In this document: positions 1 to 18,251 of the stretch, one piece after another | How the letters are laid out: each line of letters begins with the position of its first letter | Numbering within the stretch: the first letter of the stretch is position 1 | Origin: the human T2T-CHM13v2.0 reference genome, Homo sapiens | DNA length: 64,000 bases | Reading direction: 5' to 3' (one strand) | Assembly (NCBI RefSeq): GCF_009914755.1 | Contig: NC_060927.1 | Made by a program: the position numbers and the translations under genes | The notes under the pieces: model-generated | What the model saw: only the letters and a program-made list of their open reading frames with translations | What the model was told of the DNA's origin: nothing | The model's database searches: none

Positions 1-1413
1 CTGTGAGATAAGCATTAGTATTATAATCTCTGTTTTACAGATGAAAGCTTTGGGAGAGCAAGACAGCTACAAAACCTATTTTTCATTCTACAGTGTATTT
101 GATTAAATGGAGGGAAGACAGGAGAGATGGAGAAAAATTTTGGCCAGTCAAACTTCAGATCCTTAGGTCAAATGTAGCCTTGGTGTCAGAATCTGGAAAT
201 TCCTATTGAAGTGGTTTGGTGGCCAATTGTACTTCTGATCCTTGAATTTGAACTTTAAAATCCACCTTTGGGTGTGACAATATGATCCCAGGACTTAATT
301 AACCTCTTAATATGTCATTATCTTTATCTGTAAAACAATACAAAATTATCTACCTCATAGAGTCATTGAGGTTTCCAATGATATTTTACATCCTTAGATG
401 AAGACATACAAAATAATATAACCTATTCCAAAACTGGAAGGAAGCACTCTTTGGTTTTTGTGCTTTCATAATAATTGCTATTTCTCATTTGTAAGTTTGT
501 GGCAACAGATGGACAAGAAAAAATTAGAACTCATAGAAAATATTTTGATCGATATCAGTTTTATAGATTTATAGTTTCTTTTCCTAAACTGTACTGTTCA
601 ACAAAAATTATACAAACCTTTTGACTAGGAGATGCATTTTTAAAGGCATATAGACTCTTAGTAATTTATATCCTCTGTACAGCTTATATTTTCTATATCA
701 CGAAGAATAGGAAAGAAAAACAGACAGAGTTATCATCATTCATTCTCCAAAAAAGAGCACATGCTTATGGGAACCTTGCTCTAAAACCTAAGCAGCCACA
801 TGAAAATGATTTAGCTTCCTGAAGATTGCGCAAGAGTCAACAGCACAGCTAGACAATATTGTTTTAATTCTTCATGTTGCAGAATTATCTAAAGAAAAGA
901 AAGCTGATTTTTTAAATGATAGCTGAAGATATTTTGAAGACAGTTGAATCTGGGTTGGCAAGGCAAAAAGTCAAACAGCACATCAAAACAAGAGAAGGAA
1001 ACTGTGACTAAAATAAAAGTGATGATATGTTCCTCTAATTTAAACATTCAAGTCTGTGTAAATGAATTAAAAAATTTTCTTTGAAAAGTTCTCACCAGTT
1101 GTGAGATAGACCAAATAATTTAACACAAGCAATCTGTAGAGGTTGAATTAAGGTCCTGTTTTAAAAACATTATTAGTAAGCAGATGGCGACTATAAAAAT
1201 GATCACAAAGTAATGATTATACACACTGCCGAGTCAAGCTGCCCGACCGGTCCTGCCCATTCTTTAACTATTTCATGTATGTCAAGTTCACCACTCCCTG
1301 CACACCTATGGTCCTGGCATTTCACAGTTTCTTCTTTCAACAAGGGTAGAAGTGGTTTCTGTGACACAGCTGTCAAAGAAGAACACGTGAAAAGGGAAGA
1401 AAGTCTAGGTGAG

Positions 1414-1735
1414 GGCTGGGTATGTTGGCTCACACCTGTATTCCCGGCACTTTGGGAGGCTGAGGCAGGAGAACTGCTTTTGCCCAGGAGTTCAAGACCA
1501 GCCTGGGCAACATAGTGGGACCCTATCTCTACAAAAAATTAAAAAAATTAGCCTGGCGTGGTGGTGCACACCTGTAGTCCCAGCTACTCAGGACTCTGAG
1601 GTAGTAGGATAGCTTGAGCTTGGGAGGTATATGCTGCAGTAAGCAGAGATCTCGCCACAGCACTCCAGGCTGAGTGACAGAGCAAGACCTTGTTTCAAAA
1701 AAAAAAGGAAAAGAAAAAGAAAGAAAGAAAGAAAA
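1414..1735 (+). mobile_element. AluJ
   Basis: Dimeric Alu, A-tail, TSD GTCTAGGTG. Confidence 0.95.
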
Positions 1736-2569
1736 TGTCTAGGTGGGAACACAAGCTAAGGACCCAGTCTTCAAATTCCAGGACCTCTTGGATCATCCAC
1801 ATACACAACCTGACTCTCATTCACAGAAGCACTTTTCATGAAAACATTATATTACAATGATTTAAACACCCTTCTCCAAATTAGTTAACTTGCTTTACTT
1901 CAGATTAGCTAGTTTAAAGAGAACATAATTGATTAGTGAAAAAAACCAACTTGACTAATGAGTGAGCTCTGGGAATAGGTTTCTGGGTACCCAAGAAGCA
2001 TTAACTCATACAAATAAGTCCAAACAATGACTCCAGCTGGGAAAAGAACAGAGTCAGAACAAGCAGTTGCCTAGGGCAATACATTACCAAGGCAGCCGAC
2101 TCTGCAAGTGGTTTCTGTAGAACAAATGCAGGCTTTGAATTTAAATATTACCCACTTTGCTTGGGGTAGGTGAATCTGTAGATGAATTACTCACCCCAGA
2201 AGTTAAGCAGCCACTCTCCTGACCTCACTAGATGGATGACAGATGGATGTTTTAAAAGTGACTATTCAGAGTTCAGGGTGCAAATGAAGGCATTCACTAT
2301 ATGGCTGCATACACAGCACTGGCTATAAGCCAAGCTTGCTTTCCACCCCTTCTCTCTAGCCCAGCGTAGGCTGCTGACTATAAGCCAAACGCCAATCACC
2401 AGGTAGCAATGACTTGTCTTTGCACTGGCTGTGAGGAGGCTTAGTCTTTTTTAATCCTCTACTGCTTGCAAGTGAATTGGGCTATTGGGTATGTATGTAT
2501 ATGTATACACACACACACACACACATATTCAAATATGCATATACATATATCTATCTAGCAAACCATCAT

Positions 2570-2878
2570 ATTTTCTTTTTTACTTATTTTTTGAGACAGG
2601 GTCTCACTCTGTCTCCCAGGCTGCAGTGCAGTGGGTGACTATAGCTCACTGCAGCCGTGGCCTCGTGGGCTCAAGCCATCCTCCCATTTCAGTCTCTTGA
2701 GTAGCTGGGACTACATGCACACGCTACCCTGCCCAGCTAATTTTAATTTTTTGTTTGTTCTAGAGACAAGGTCTCACTATGTTGTCCAGGCTGGTCTCAA
2801 ACTCCTGGCCTCAAGTAATTCTCCCGCTTCAGCCTCCCAAATAGCTGGGATTACAGGCGTGATCCACTGTACCCAGCC
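2570..2878 (-). mobile_element. AluJ
   Basis: Antisense dimeric Alu. Confidence 0.93.
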
Positions 2879-4759
2879 TATATTTTCTTAGCCATATTTT
2901 TTTTCTTTCCTCAAACTCATTTCAGTTTATTTTATTCTTAAGCAGAGCCTATATTTGTATAAGCTGCTTCAATTCCCTCTATGGAAAGCCACAAACAGAC
3001 AAATACATAAAGTGTAGAAAAAATGCTAATATGATAGACCGTGAGATCTCAGAGTCCTTTTTAGTGAAGCAGAGGTGTCACTTGTTTAAACTGTTAACCC
3101 TGGAGACTGTAAGTGTGAATCAATCCCTCAAGTATTCAAGTTGCAGGGCTCTCAAATTCAGGGTAAAAGAGAATTTATAAAAGCTCTAAAGAACAGGACA
3201 ATTTATTGAATGGCTGTAATATGAATGCATGTTCACAAGGAATAATTCCATTTCCTTTGTTAAAATTCCCTTTTGTTCTTTGAGAATTCTTTTTTCACTA
3301 GCCAGAAAGCAAAATAGCACTGGAAACTGTTTTTGAAATGGACATCATTGGGCTAGATTGTTCGCAGCAATCTCTCTTGACATTGTGTATAATGTTTTAT
3401 TACATCTGGAGCATCACTAAAAAAGAGGGAATAGAGTCCCACATTCACATATAGCTTCGTAAGGCAGCTATTGAATAGATCTAGCAAATCTTGTGGCTGT
3501 TTTGAATGTAATTATGAATCTCTGTCCTGGAGGTTGTCACTTCATTCTTAGGAAGGGGTAGTTCTACCTGTCACTAGGAGACTGGGCGGCCTAAGGAAAC
3601 TCGTCAGTAGCTTGGGGCTCCCTTGTCTTTAAACTGAGGGGCCTGAAGTTAGATCACAGGGCTGTAGAATTCGCCTACTGCTTTCACAATCATTAGTTCT
3701 TTTGATCTTCACAGCAACCCTGAAGGGAGGCAGGGCATTTGTTATTTAATACACAAGGAAATGGAGGCTCAGAGATAAAACAATGTGTTTAAGATCTTAG
3801 AGCAATTAAAATAGAACACCTGAGAGAGAATCCAGTTCTTGGAGATCTGTTTTACTGCTGTTTTAGCACTGTGGTTCAGTTGGAATTTCCTACCTCACTT
3901 AATACGTAGAAGAAGAAAGTGAGAAAAACAGTGCCAGTGTTGGGGTGGACAGCAGGTGGAATACGCTATTGGTCTGACTCCTTATGGATTGACTTTTGAT
4001 CTTGTAAAGAATGTACAGAGTCTAAATTTAGCAACAGCCAGCTAATGAACAGCTGGAGTCAGGTCACAAGTTTGGGGTGAGCATGGGTTGAACCAGCCCT
4101 GCCTTGCTTTTGGTGGGGCGCTTAGCAACAGTGCTACCCCAGGTGGTTCCATGCTGTAGCATATGCTCAACCTTTTAGTAAAGGCCACAGTCTTATTTAA
4201 AAACAAAACATCCAAAATTTCTATTATGAGCCTCCCAAATCCCCGTTAAATAAAAATGCAGTATTTTCCTCACTCTTCTTCCTATGCTGACATTTAGAAA
4301 TACCATTTTCCTATTTCATTTTATATCTTCAGAGAGGAAACTATGTAATGCAGCAGAAAGAACCCCATTTGGAATTCAAGAAAGCCGGGTCCTCAGCCTC
4401 GCTTGACTTAGCTGTGTGATTTTCAACAAGTTACTTAACCTCTCAGAACCTATTTCTGTACAGGAAATCTAGGGGTTTTCCTATCTAAGCTTTGAGATCT
4501 TGTCTAACTCTCAAATTCTATGATTCATTTCCAACTTAGGTTTCTCTTATTTAATGTTTGCTATTTGTTTTGTTAGATATTAATTCATATTTGTGGGCCC
4601 AGTTTAACTTTCAAATAACAATATTTTTATTATTTGCATTCTATTACTCCTAGGTACGGGATCTCATCCCCGCTAGACCTTGCTTTGTTTTCCTGGGTAA
4701 TCTTTCTATTATGTGTCATCCATCTCCTGACAAGCATTGCAGGTACCAGTGCGCTTATC

Positions 4760-5260
4760 ACTTGCATCAGTTAGAATGAGAAAAGCCAATTCAAACCGCC
4801 TTAACGAGAAAAAAGATCTACTGACTCATGGAACTAAGAGTTAAGGAGTAGTGCAGGTTCAAGCAAAGTTGGATCAGAGTTCTTGATCTATTTCTCTGTG
4901 ATTTTATTGACTCTACTGATTTGTGTTTACGATGTTTATCCTGAGACAAACAGCAAGAGGATGCAATGGTTCAGGGCCTCCTATCCCTGCCCAAAAGGGA
5001 CTATAAGAAGAATACTCTACTGTCTATTCTCTATTTTTGTAGCCAGGAAACTTTCTCTGGAATCCTCAGAAAACTCCCTTTTATCTCCTTGGCCTAAACA
5101 GAGTCACACACCATTCCTGAACCAGTCACTGTTGCCTAAGGAGTGCCATGCCAGGCTTGAGCCTGGGTATCTGAACCAATTGCTGGCAGGGAGTAGGGCT
5201 ACCTTGACAGGTTTACACTAGTCAGTGCTACCCATGGAACTGAAGTCCAACCCCACAACT
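4760..5260. mobile_element. Ancient LTR remnant (LTR33/MLT1N2-like)
   Basis: Degenerate motifs CCAATTCAAAC..CTTAA and GTCACACACCATTCCTGAACCAGTCACTG; approximate. Confidence 0.4.
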
Positions 5261-6229
5261 ACAGAGTGGCTACATCATGGTGGAGGAGAGGATGTCAGAG
5301 AGGCAACCTTATTCCATTGTATCTTGCCCATCCAGCTCTAAGAACATGGGGGCAAAAATTGCATTTTCAGATCTTCTGCGTGCCAGGCACCCAGCTAATG
5401 TTTGTTACATTGAATAGAATGGAATGGAATGGAATTTTAGGTAGTGGTGAAGACAAAAACCAAAACAGAAAAATAACACGCAGTTCTCTGTACCTCTTCC
5501 TCTCAATTCTATTCTTGCCATGGCTGCTGTTCATGCTCCCTAACTTTCCCCACTATTTATATGTTACCCCTCTTATTTTTAGCCATAAGTTTTACTTAGT
5601 CTGAAGATAACCAAATATTTCCTGAATAATAAGTCTCTGAATATGCATATTCTCTAAATATGAATATAAGCCTATTTGCAAATCTAGCACTTACATTTAG
5701 AATGTTGTTGGCAGGACTCTGAAAATCAACTTTTTTTTTTAATGGAAAAATATACTACAGCAGAAGGATTTGTTTTCCACAAAGCAGAACCAACTTTTTT
5801 GATTTCAATGATTTTTTGATACTTCCATATATATTTATATGCTCATTAAATAAATAAATATTAAGTCAGACCTTCTTGATTAGAGAATCGTCTGTCACTA
5901 AAAATTGGACTTAGGACTTACAAGTCTCTCTCATTAAAGAGAAGGGGTTGTAAGAGGGCTGGGATGCCTGGATTTATTCAGCCCCTCTTTCTCCCATTCT
6001 AGCTCCCAACGTGGTCCCATTCTCTGAGAAAGTACACAAGGCCCCGGGGCCAGGCAGTAGGTGATATTCATAAGCAACAAGAAATAGGAAGCCCTCTATA
6101 TGGGTTTAGTAGCGCCCTCTTCCAAAACAAGACCACAGCAACCGGCTGATCGGGGCCACCCCTCAGGAAATGCTGGACCCAGGGCCACCCAACTCAACAA
6201 CACTTTCAATCCTTTAGTAGCTTTTACTG

Positions 6230-6950
6230 AGCACACCATCTGCGTAAACTTCAGTGTTCTATGATATAGTCCCTGCCCTTGAGAGAGGTAGACAAGGAAA
6301 CAGGCAATTACAATCCAGCAGTGAAGTCCCTGGAAGAGGTAAACCCAGAGTGCTACCAAGGCAGAGGTAGCACTGTGAGAGGGCTGCTCCATGGCCTAAC
6401 ACCAGAGGGGTCAGGATTCACTTGAAACACAATGCCCTTCCATGGAATGTTCTTCCATTTGTTTGTGTCCTTTTTTATTTCGCTGAGCAGTGGTTTGTAG
6501 TTCTCCTTGAAGAGGTCCTTCATATCCCTTATAAGTTGGATTCTTAGGTATTTTATTCTCTTTGAAGCAATTGTGAATGGGAGTTCACTCATGATTTGGC
6601 TCTCTGTTTGTCTGTTATTGGTGTATAAGAATGCTTATGACTTTTGCACATTGATTTTGTATCCTGAGACTTTGCTGAATGATGTCCCCTGCAGCTGTGC
6701 AATGTGGCAGCCCTGACCCCCGCCCCATCTTAGCATGGTCAAAGAAGCCTTCCCAGAAGAAGTGATATCCAAGCTGAGGTTTGAAGTAAGGAAGGAAGGA
6801 GCATCCAGACACTCTATACCAGGTTTGGAAGGGGGAGTGCACATATACAGTGTAAACATGGCCCAGCACTTAAAGAGGAATACAGACAGCACATCCTCAG
6901 GTGAGTGCATGGTAAAGGAGCACTCCTTCTATTGCAGGGTGAGATGAGGG
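6230..6950 (-). mobile_element. Degenerate L2 remnant flanking the L1 fragment
   Basis: TAGTCCCTGCCCTTGAG and GGTCAAAGAAGCCTTCCCAGAAGAAGTGAT are L2-like. Confidence 0.55.
6441..6679 (-). mobile_element. Isolated internal L1PA ORF2 fragment (239 bp)
   Basis: Reverse complement aligns ungapped to 16519-16757 with about 9 mismatches; no tail or TSD. Confidence 0.95.
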
Positions 6951-8154
6951 ATGTGATTATGTTCAGATACATATGGGCCTTAGATCTTTTTGGATACTAG
7001 CTGATACTTTATCAACAGTTGTCTTCCTGAGTTCTTGCATATCTGCTAATATTGGAGAGTTTAAGGAGAGAGCAGAGTCCAAACTCAGGGTGTGTCTTGG
7101 GGTGTCTTAAGACAGATTATCACTGTGAACAAAACAGGAATAATTAACGACATTAAATAGTTCATCCTTCCCTGCCTTTATAAAGTCTCACCGAGCTTGC
7201 ATTTGGCAGCCTGACCTACCAGTAAGATTATAAAACAAATGAATTAGTAAATATCGAAATAATTCTGTTTGCCACATGTGTGAATGTTAAAAAATTCACT
7301 GTCATAATTCAAGCCCAGGTTTTAATAGAAGCACGTGGATCTAAGCAAAATCAAATGAATGGACCAATGTTCAATATACAGTGATGGATGTCTTGAATAA
7401 CCTGAGTTGACAGATATAAAATGAGATCATAAAAATGTTGGCTTTTTAAAAATGTGTTATTTACATCATTTCTTGAAGCCAAACACTGTAATGCCACTAA
7501 CATTATTAGAAAATCTGGAATCAGATTAAACGTGATCACTGGTTATTATCATTTTTGTGACGTAAGTCACAGTTCTACTTACATCTCTCTGGGTTTTGAA
7601 AACGTGATTACCAGAGTTGGGCTCTTAGGACATACACTTGAAAAGATAAATTAGAAACTATGGAATCATTTTCTGAACTGTTTGTGAGATAACTGTTGAT
7701 AGTTCCAGAAGCATCCCTAAAAACGACTATTTTTATGGGATAAATTGTATCCCTGGATGAATGCCTCCTCTGGTGTTTATTAGAACTTCCATGGGACTGG
7801 GCGAAGTCAGTATTTTAGGATGATACTGTCAGAGCTATGTACTTTGAGCTCCTAGCAGTTCATTTTGATTTCATTTGTTTGTCTTTATAACACTGTGAAT
7901 CTGAAGAAGAAAATCTGAAGTCTCCATTCTTCCTCTACCACCATAGAAGTTCAATGTTATGTATAATGACTTTTCACTCCAAATGGTGCACCTAAGGAAG
8001 CCACTGTAACTGCAATGACAAGTGTAAGAGTTTTGTCACTGGCCCTGTGGCATCTAATTATGAACCACACTTGTCTTTAGAATGAACACGAGCTCCTCAT
8101 GTATCGCCAGTCACTTTACCTTTTGCAAAAAGGAACTGTTTTAAAACCTTAATC

Positions 8155-8470
8155 TTGGGCACGGTGGCTCATGTCTGTAATCCCAGCACTTTGGGAGGCC
8201 AAGGTGGGCAGATCACTTGAAGTCAGGAGTTTGAGACGAGCCCGGCCAACGTGGCAAAACCCCACCTCTATTGAAAAAAAAAAATTAGCCGGGCGTCATG
8301 CTGCCCACTGTAATCCCAGCTACTCAGGAGGCTGAGGCAGGAGAATCGCTTGAACCTAGGAGCCAGAGGTTGCAGTGAGCCAAGATCGCACTACTGCACT
8401 CCCGCCTGGGGGACAGAGCACGACTCCATCTCAAAAGAAAAACAAAAACAAAAAACAAAACAAGCAAAAA
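8155..8470 (+). mobile_element. AluS
   Basis: Dimeric Alu, TSD AAAACCTTAATCT. Confidence 0.95.
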
Positions 8471-8780
8471 CCCTTAATCTTTGCAAGATGACCTTCTTTT
8501 CAAGCAGAAACATGCATTATGCTTACATTTTCATAGCAGACATCCAGATATACATAAATTTCTACTCATTAATAAGCATAAAAACTAGTTACTGTCCCCA
8601 TTTTATTCAGATCTATTGATCTTCTCTTAATTTCTGTGTTTTTAATCACAGTATATAATCAGAGGCATGGAAAGTTAAATTTTTGATAATGAAAGCCAGA
8701 CTTGTTCAATAGGTTTGCAAGATAATTTTGTTATTAGAAATCATTGATGAAGGCTGTATTAGTTCATTCTCCCACTGTTA

Positions 8781-9540
<760 letters not shown>

Positions 9541-10627
9541 TCATATGGCCAGCAGGAGAGGGAGAGCAATGGGGGAAGGTGCCACATGCTTTTAAACAAC
9601 CAGATCCTGTGAGAACTCTATCATGAGACAGCACTAGGGAGATGGTGCTAAGACACTAGAAACCACCCCCGTGAGCCAGTCACATCCCACCAGGCCCGAT
9701 CTCCAACATTGGGAATTAAAATTCGACGCGAGATTTGGGTGGGGACACAGAGCCATTCCAAAGGCTTATGTCAGAATGTCACCCTTGAAAAGGGTCATGT
9801 TTGAAGAATTCATGCTAGCACTATGACAATTGTGAGATAACTATCGATGATTCCAGAAGCATCCCTAAAGAAATGAGTAGATATGCCATGACTTAAATGA
9901 GACTGACAGCATTTTATAAATGGAAGGGACCACAGAAATCATCAGGGCACAGGTGAGGAAATTCATTCAAAGAACAAAACAGTACTGTTAAAATAAATGA
10001 AGCAGTTCTTATAAAACCGCTAGATTCATATAGTTTTCTGAAATCATGCATCTGAACCAAACAAATGTATTTTTGCATCTGTGTTTTTTTAAAAAATGAT
10101 AGAAGTACAACATGATTAAGAGTTCCACATTCTAAGATTATAGCAAAAGCTAGAAATGAATGGAAATTTTTAGCAGATCAGTGTTCATCTTAGGCATCTA
10201 TATTCCTCAGAAGCATTTTCTACTTAACTGGGTCCCTGTATAGCTTTCTATGATTGATATCTTTCTGATATCCGTATAGGAAGTGTGAGCAATTATTGAG
10301 ATTTTTACTCAAAAGTCGGAATATAATTTTTGTGTATTGTAGATGTGACCATATGTATGCTGAAACAGCGAAGAGATTTAAATTCAGTTAGAGAATAGTG
10401 AGTTCTAGTCTGTCTTTTTGGTATCAAGAGTTGTAATCTATCGAAAGAATGAGTTAGAATTCACTTACACGTGCCTGTGAGTGCACACACGTGCCAATGT
10501 ACATATGCACGAAAGACCTACCAGAGACACACTAGCAGCAAAGTATCCCCTGCATAGTTCAGAAAACGTGTCTGGCTTGATATAGAATTTTCAAGGAGTA
10601 AAAAAATAGACCTTTTCAACTGGTCAT

Positions 10628-11210
<583 letters not shown>

Positions 11211-11343
11211 GTCATGGTTCTGACATATACACAAGAGTAACCCTGTGATTTCTTTTCTTTGTATAGAATATTATAATTTTTTCTCTTTTTTATAGGATAT
11301 TATAATTGCTCAAGGCATTGATTACCAGGTCAGGGTCACCAAG

Positions 11344-12147
11344 TGTATTAGTTTGCTAGAGCTGCTGTAACAAAGTACTGCAGACTGGGTGGCTTAAATA
11401 TATTGCCTCAAAGTTCTGGAGGCTAAGTCCAAGGTCAAGATGTTGGCAAGGTTGGTTCCTTCTGAAAGCTGTGAGGTAGAATCTGTTCCAGGCCTCTCTG
11501 GAAGCTTCTGGTGGTTTAGCTGGCAATCTTTGCTGTTCCTTGGCTTGTAGACAACATAACATCCCAATTTCTGCCTTCATCTTCACATGGTATTCCTCCT
11601 ATGTGTCTCTGTGTCTAAATTTATCTTTTTATTTTATTTTTTAAAGGGATGGAGTCTCTCACTCTGTCACCCAGGCTCCTAGGCTGGAGTGCAGTAGCAA
11701 AATCATAGCTCACTGCAGTCTTGAACTCCTGGGCTCAAGAGATCCTCCCGACCCAGCTTCCTAAGTAGCTGGGACTACAGGTGCACGCCACTGTGTCCAG
11801 CTGGGTTTTCAGAAAACTTTTTTAGAGACAGGGTCTCACTGTGTCGCCCAGGCTGGTTTCTGACCCCTGGCCTCAAGCGATCCTCCCACCTCAGCCTCCG
11901 TAGGAGCTAGGATTACAGGTGCGAGGCACCACACCCAGCCAAATTTCCCCTTTTTATAAGGATACCACTTACATTGGTTTAGGGCCCACCATAATGATCT
12001 CATTTTAACTTGATTAATTACATCTGCAACAACCAGTTTGTCAATCTGCAAATAAGGCCACAAGGCCATGTTCTGAATTACTGAGGGATAGGGGGTTAGG
12101 ACTTGAACATATCAATCTGGCAGGGGGACACAATTCAACCCTTTACA
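11344..12147 (-). mobile_element. MLT1B/C LTR interrupted by AluJ
   Basis: TGTATTAGTTTGCTAGAGCTGCTGTAACAAAG...GGGGGACACAATTCAACCC. Confidence 0.85.
11625..11940 (-). mobile_element. AluJ
   Basis: Antisense dimeric Alu. Confidence 0.93.
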
Positions 12148-12359
12148 AAAAGAAAAAGTGACCTAGTTATCAAATAATTTCCCAGGGTCCTGTGGAATAC
12201 AGGGATTGATTATGAACATAGCAAAATGCAATCATGAAAACCAGTGTCCTGGTTTACAAGAATACCTATTGAGCACCTACATGGAGTAGGCATTTCTTAA
12301 TTATGGGATTAATTGAAATTCTCAAGTGTTGTGATTTTTAAATTAAAAAAAAAGCTCTC

Positions 12360-13266
12360 GGAGGAGGAGCCAAGATGGCCGAATAGGAACAGCTCCGGTC
12401 TACAGCTCCCAGCGTGAGCGACGCAGAAGACGGGTGATTTCTGCATTTCCATCTGAGGTACCGGGTTCATCTCACTAGGGAGCGCCAGACAGTGGGCGCA
12501 GGCCAGTGGGTGCGTGCACCGTGCGCGAGCGGAAGCAGGGCGAGGCATTGCCTCACCTGGGAAGCGCAAGGGGTCAGGGAGTTCCCTTTCCGAGTGAAAG
12601 AAAGGGGTGACGGACGCACCTGGAAAATCGGGTCACTCCCACCCGAATATTGCGCTTTTCAGACCGGCTTAAAAAACGGCGCACCACGAGACTATATCCC
12701 ACACCTGGCTCACAGGGTCCTACGCCCACGGAGTCTCGCTGATTGCTAGCACAGCAGTCTGTGATCAAACTGCAAGGCGGCAGCGAGGCTGGGGGAGGGG
12801 CGCCCGCCATTGCCCAGGCTTGCTTAGGTAAACAAAGCAGCCGGGAAGCTCCAACTGGGTGGAGCCCACCACAGCTCAAGGAGGCCTGCCTGCCTCTGTA
12901 GGCTCCACCTCTGGGGGGCAGGGCACAGACAAACAAAAAGACAGCAGTAACCTCTGCAGACTTAAATGTCCCTGTCTGACATCTTTGAAGAGAGCAGTGG
13001 TTCTCCCAGCACGCAGCTGGAGATCTGAGAACGGGCAGACTGCCTCCTCAAGTGGGTCCCTGACCCCTGACCCCCGAGCAGCCTAACTGGGAGGCACCCC
13101 CCAACAGGGGCACACTGACACCTCACACGGCAGGGTATTCCAACAGACCTGCAGATGAGGGTCCTGTCTGTTAGAAGGAAAACTAACAACCAGAAAGGAC
13201 ATCTACACCGAAAACCCATCTGTACATCACCATCATCAAAGACCAAAAGTAGATAAAACCACAAAG
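12360..13266 (+). promoter_or_regulatory. L1 5' UTR internal sense promoter plus antisense promoter region
   Basis: CpG-rich; YY1 motif CAAGATGGCC at ~12371-12380; SOX-type AAACAAA at ~12830 and ~12931. Confidence 0.85.
12574..12810 (-). CDS. ORF0: L1 antisense ORF0, 78 aa (7-aa C-terminal extension)
   Basis: MAGAPPPASLPPCSL...RCVRHPFL followed by SLGKGTP* inside the ORF-track entry 12574..12936. Confidence 0.85.
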   Translation of the reverse strand: MAGAPPPASLPPCSLITDCCASNQRDSVGVGPCEPGVGYSLVVRRFLSRSEKRNIRVGVTRFSRCVRHPFLSLGKGTP

Positions 13267-14283
13267 ATGGGGAAAAAACAGAACAGAAAAACTGGAAACT
13301 CTAAAACGCAGAGCGCCTCTCCTCCTCCAAAGGAACGCAGTTCCTCACCAGCAACAGAACAAAGCTGGATGGAGAATGATTTTGACGAGCTGAGAGAAGA
13401 AGGCTTCAGACGATCAAGTTACTCTGAGCTACGGGAGGACATTCAAACCAAAGGCAAAGAAGTTGAAAACTTTGAAAAAAATTTAGAAGAATGTATAACT
13501 AGAATAACCAATACAGAGAAGTGCTTAAAGGAGCTGATGGAGCTGAAAACCAAGGCTCGAGAACTACGTGAAGAATGCAGAAGCCTCAGGAGCCAATGCG
13601 ATCAACTAGAAGAAAGGGTATCAGTGATGGAAGATGAAATGAATGAAATGAAGTGAGAAGGGAAGTTTAGAGAAAAAAGAATAAAAAGAAATGAGCAAAG
13701 CCTCCAAGAAATATGGGACTATGTGAAAAGACCAAATCTACGTCTGATTGGTGTACCTGAAAGTGATGTGGAGAATGGAACCAAGTTGGAAAACACTCTG
13801 CAGGATATTATCCAGGAGAACTTCCCCAATCTAGCAAGGCAGGCCAACGTTCAGATTCAGGAAATACAGAGAACGCCACAAAGATACTCCTCGAGAAGAG
13901 CAACTCCAAGACACATAATTGTCAGATTCACCAAAGTTGAAATGAAGGAAAAAATGTTAAGGGCAGCCAGAGAGAAAGGTAGGGTTACCCTCAAAGGAAA
14001 GCCCATCAGACTAACAGCGGATCTCTCGGCAGAAACCCTACAAGCCAGAAGAGAGTGGGGGCCAATATTCAACATTCTTAAAGAAAAGAATTTTCAACCC
14101 AGAATTTCATATCCAGCCAAACTAAGCTTCATAAGTGAAGGAGAAATAAAATACTTTATAGACAAGCAAATGCTGAGAGATTTTGTCACCACCAGGCCTG
14201 CCCTAAAAGAGCTCCTGAAGGAAGCGCTAAACATGGAAAGGAACAACCGGTACCAGCCACTGCAAAATCATGCCAAAATGTAA
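13267..14283 (+). pseudogene. ORF1: L1 ORF1p disrupted by a premature TGA at codon 130
   Basis: MGKKQNRK...NHAKM is one frame split by TGA at 13654-13656 (consensus CGA). Confidence 0.97.
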
Positions 14284-14322
14284 AGACCATCGAGACTAGG
14301 AAGAAACTGCATCAGCTAATGA

Positions 14323-18174
<3,852 letters not shown>

Positions 18175-18217
18175 ACAATGAGATCACATGGACACAGGAA
18201 GGGGAATATCACACTCT

Positions 18218-18251
18218 GGGGACTGTGGTGGGGTCGGGGGAGGGGGGAGGG
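18218..18251 (+). other. G-rich potential G-quadruplex of the L1 3' UTR
   Basis: GGGGACTGTGGTGGGGTCGGGGGAGGGGGGAGGG. Confidence 0.75.

Noticed and set aside
5411-5435. (GGAAT)n as satellite III
   Set aside because: Only about 4 units, at an L2-like tail.
9845-9906. Box C/D snoRNA (CGATGA...CTGA)
   Set aside because: Imperfect box C, no terminal stem, and the paralogous copy lacks the box.
13723-14283. 186-aa ORF as a separate gene
   Set aside because: It is the C-terminal half of ORF1 after the nonsense codon, opened at a GTG.
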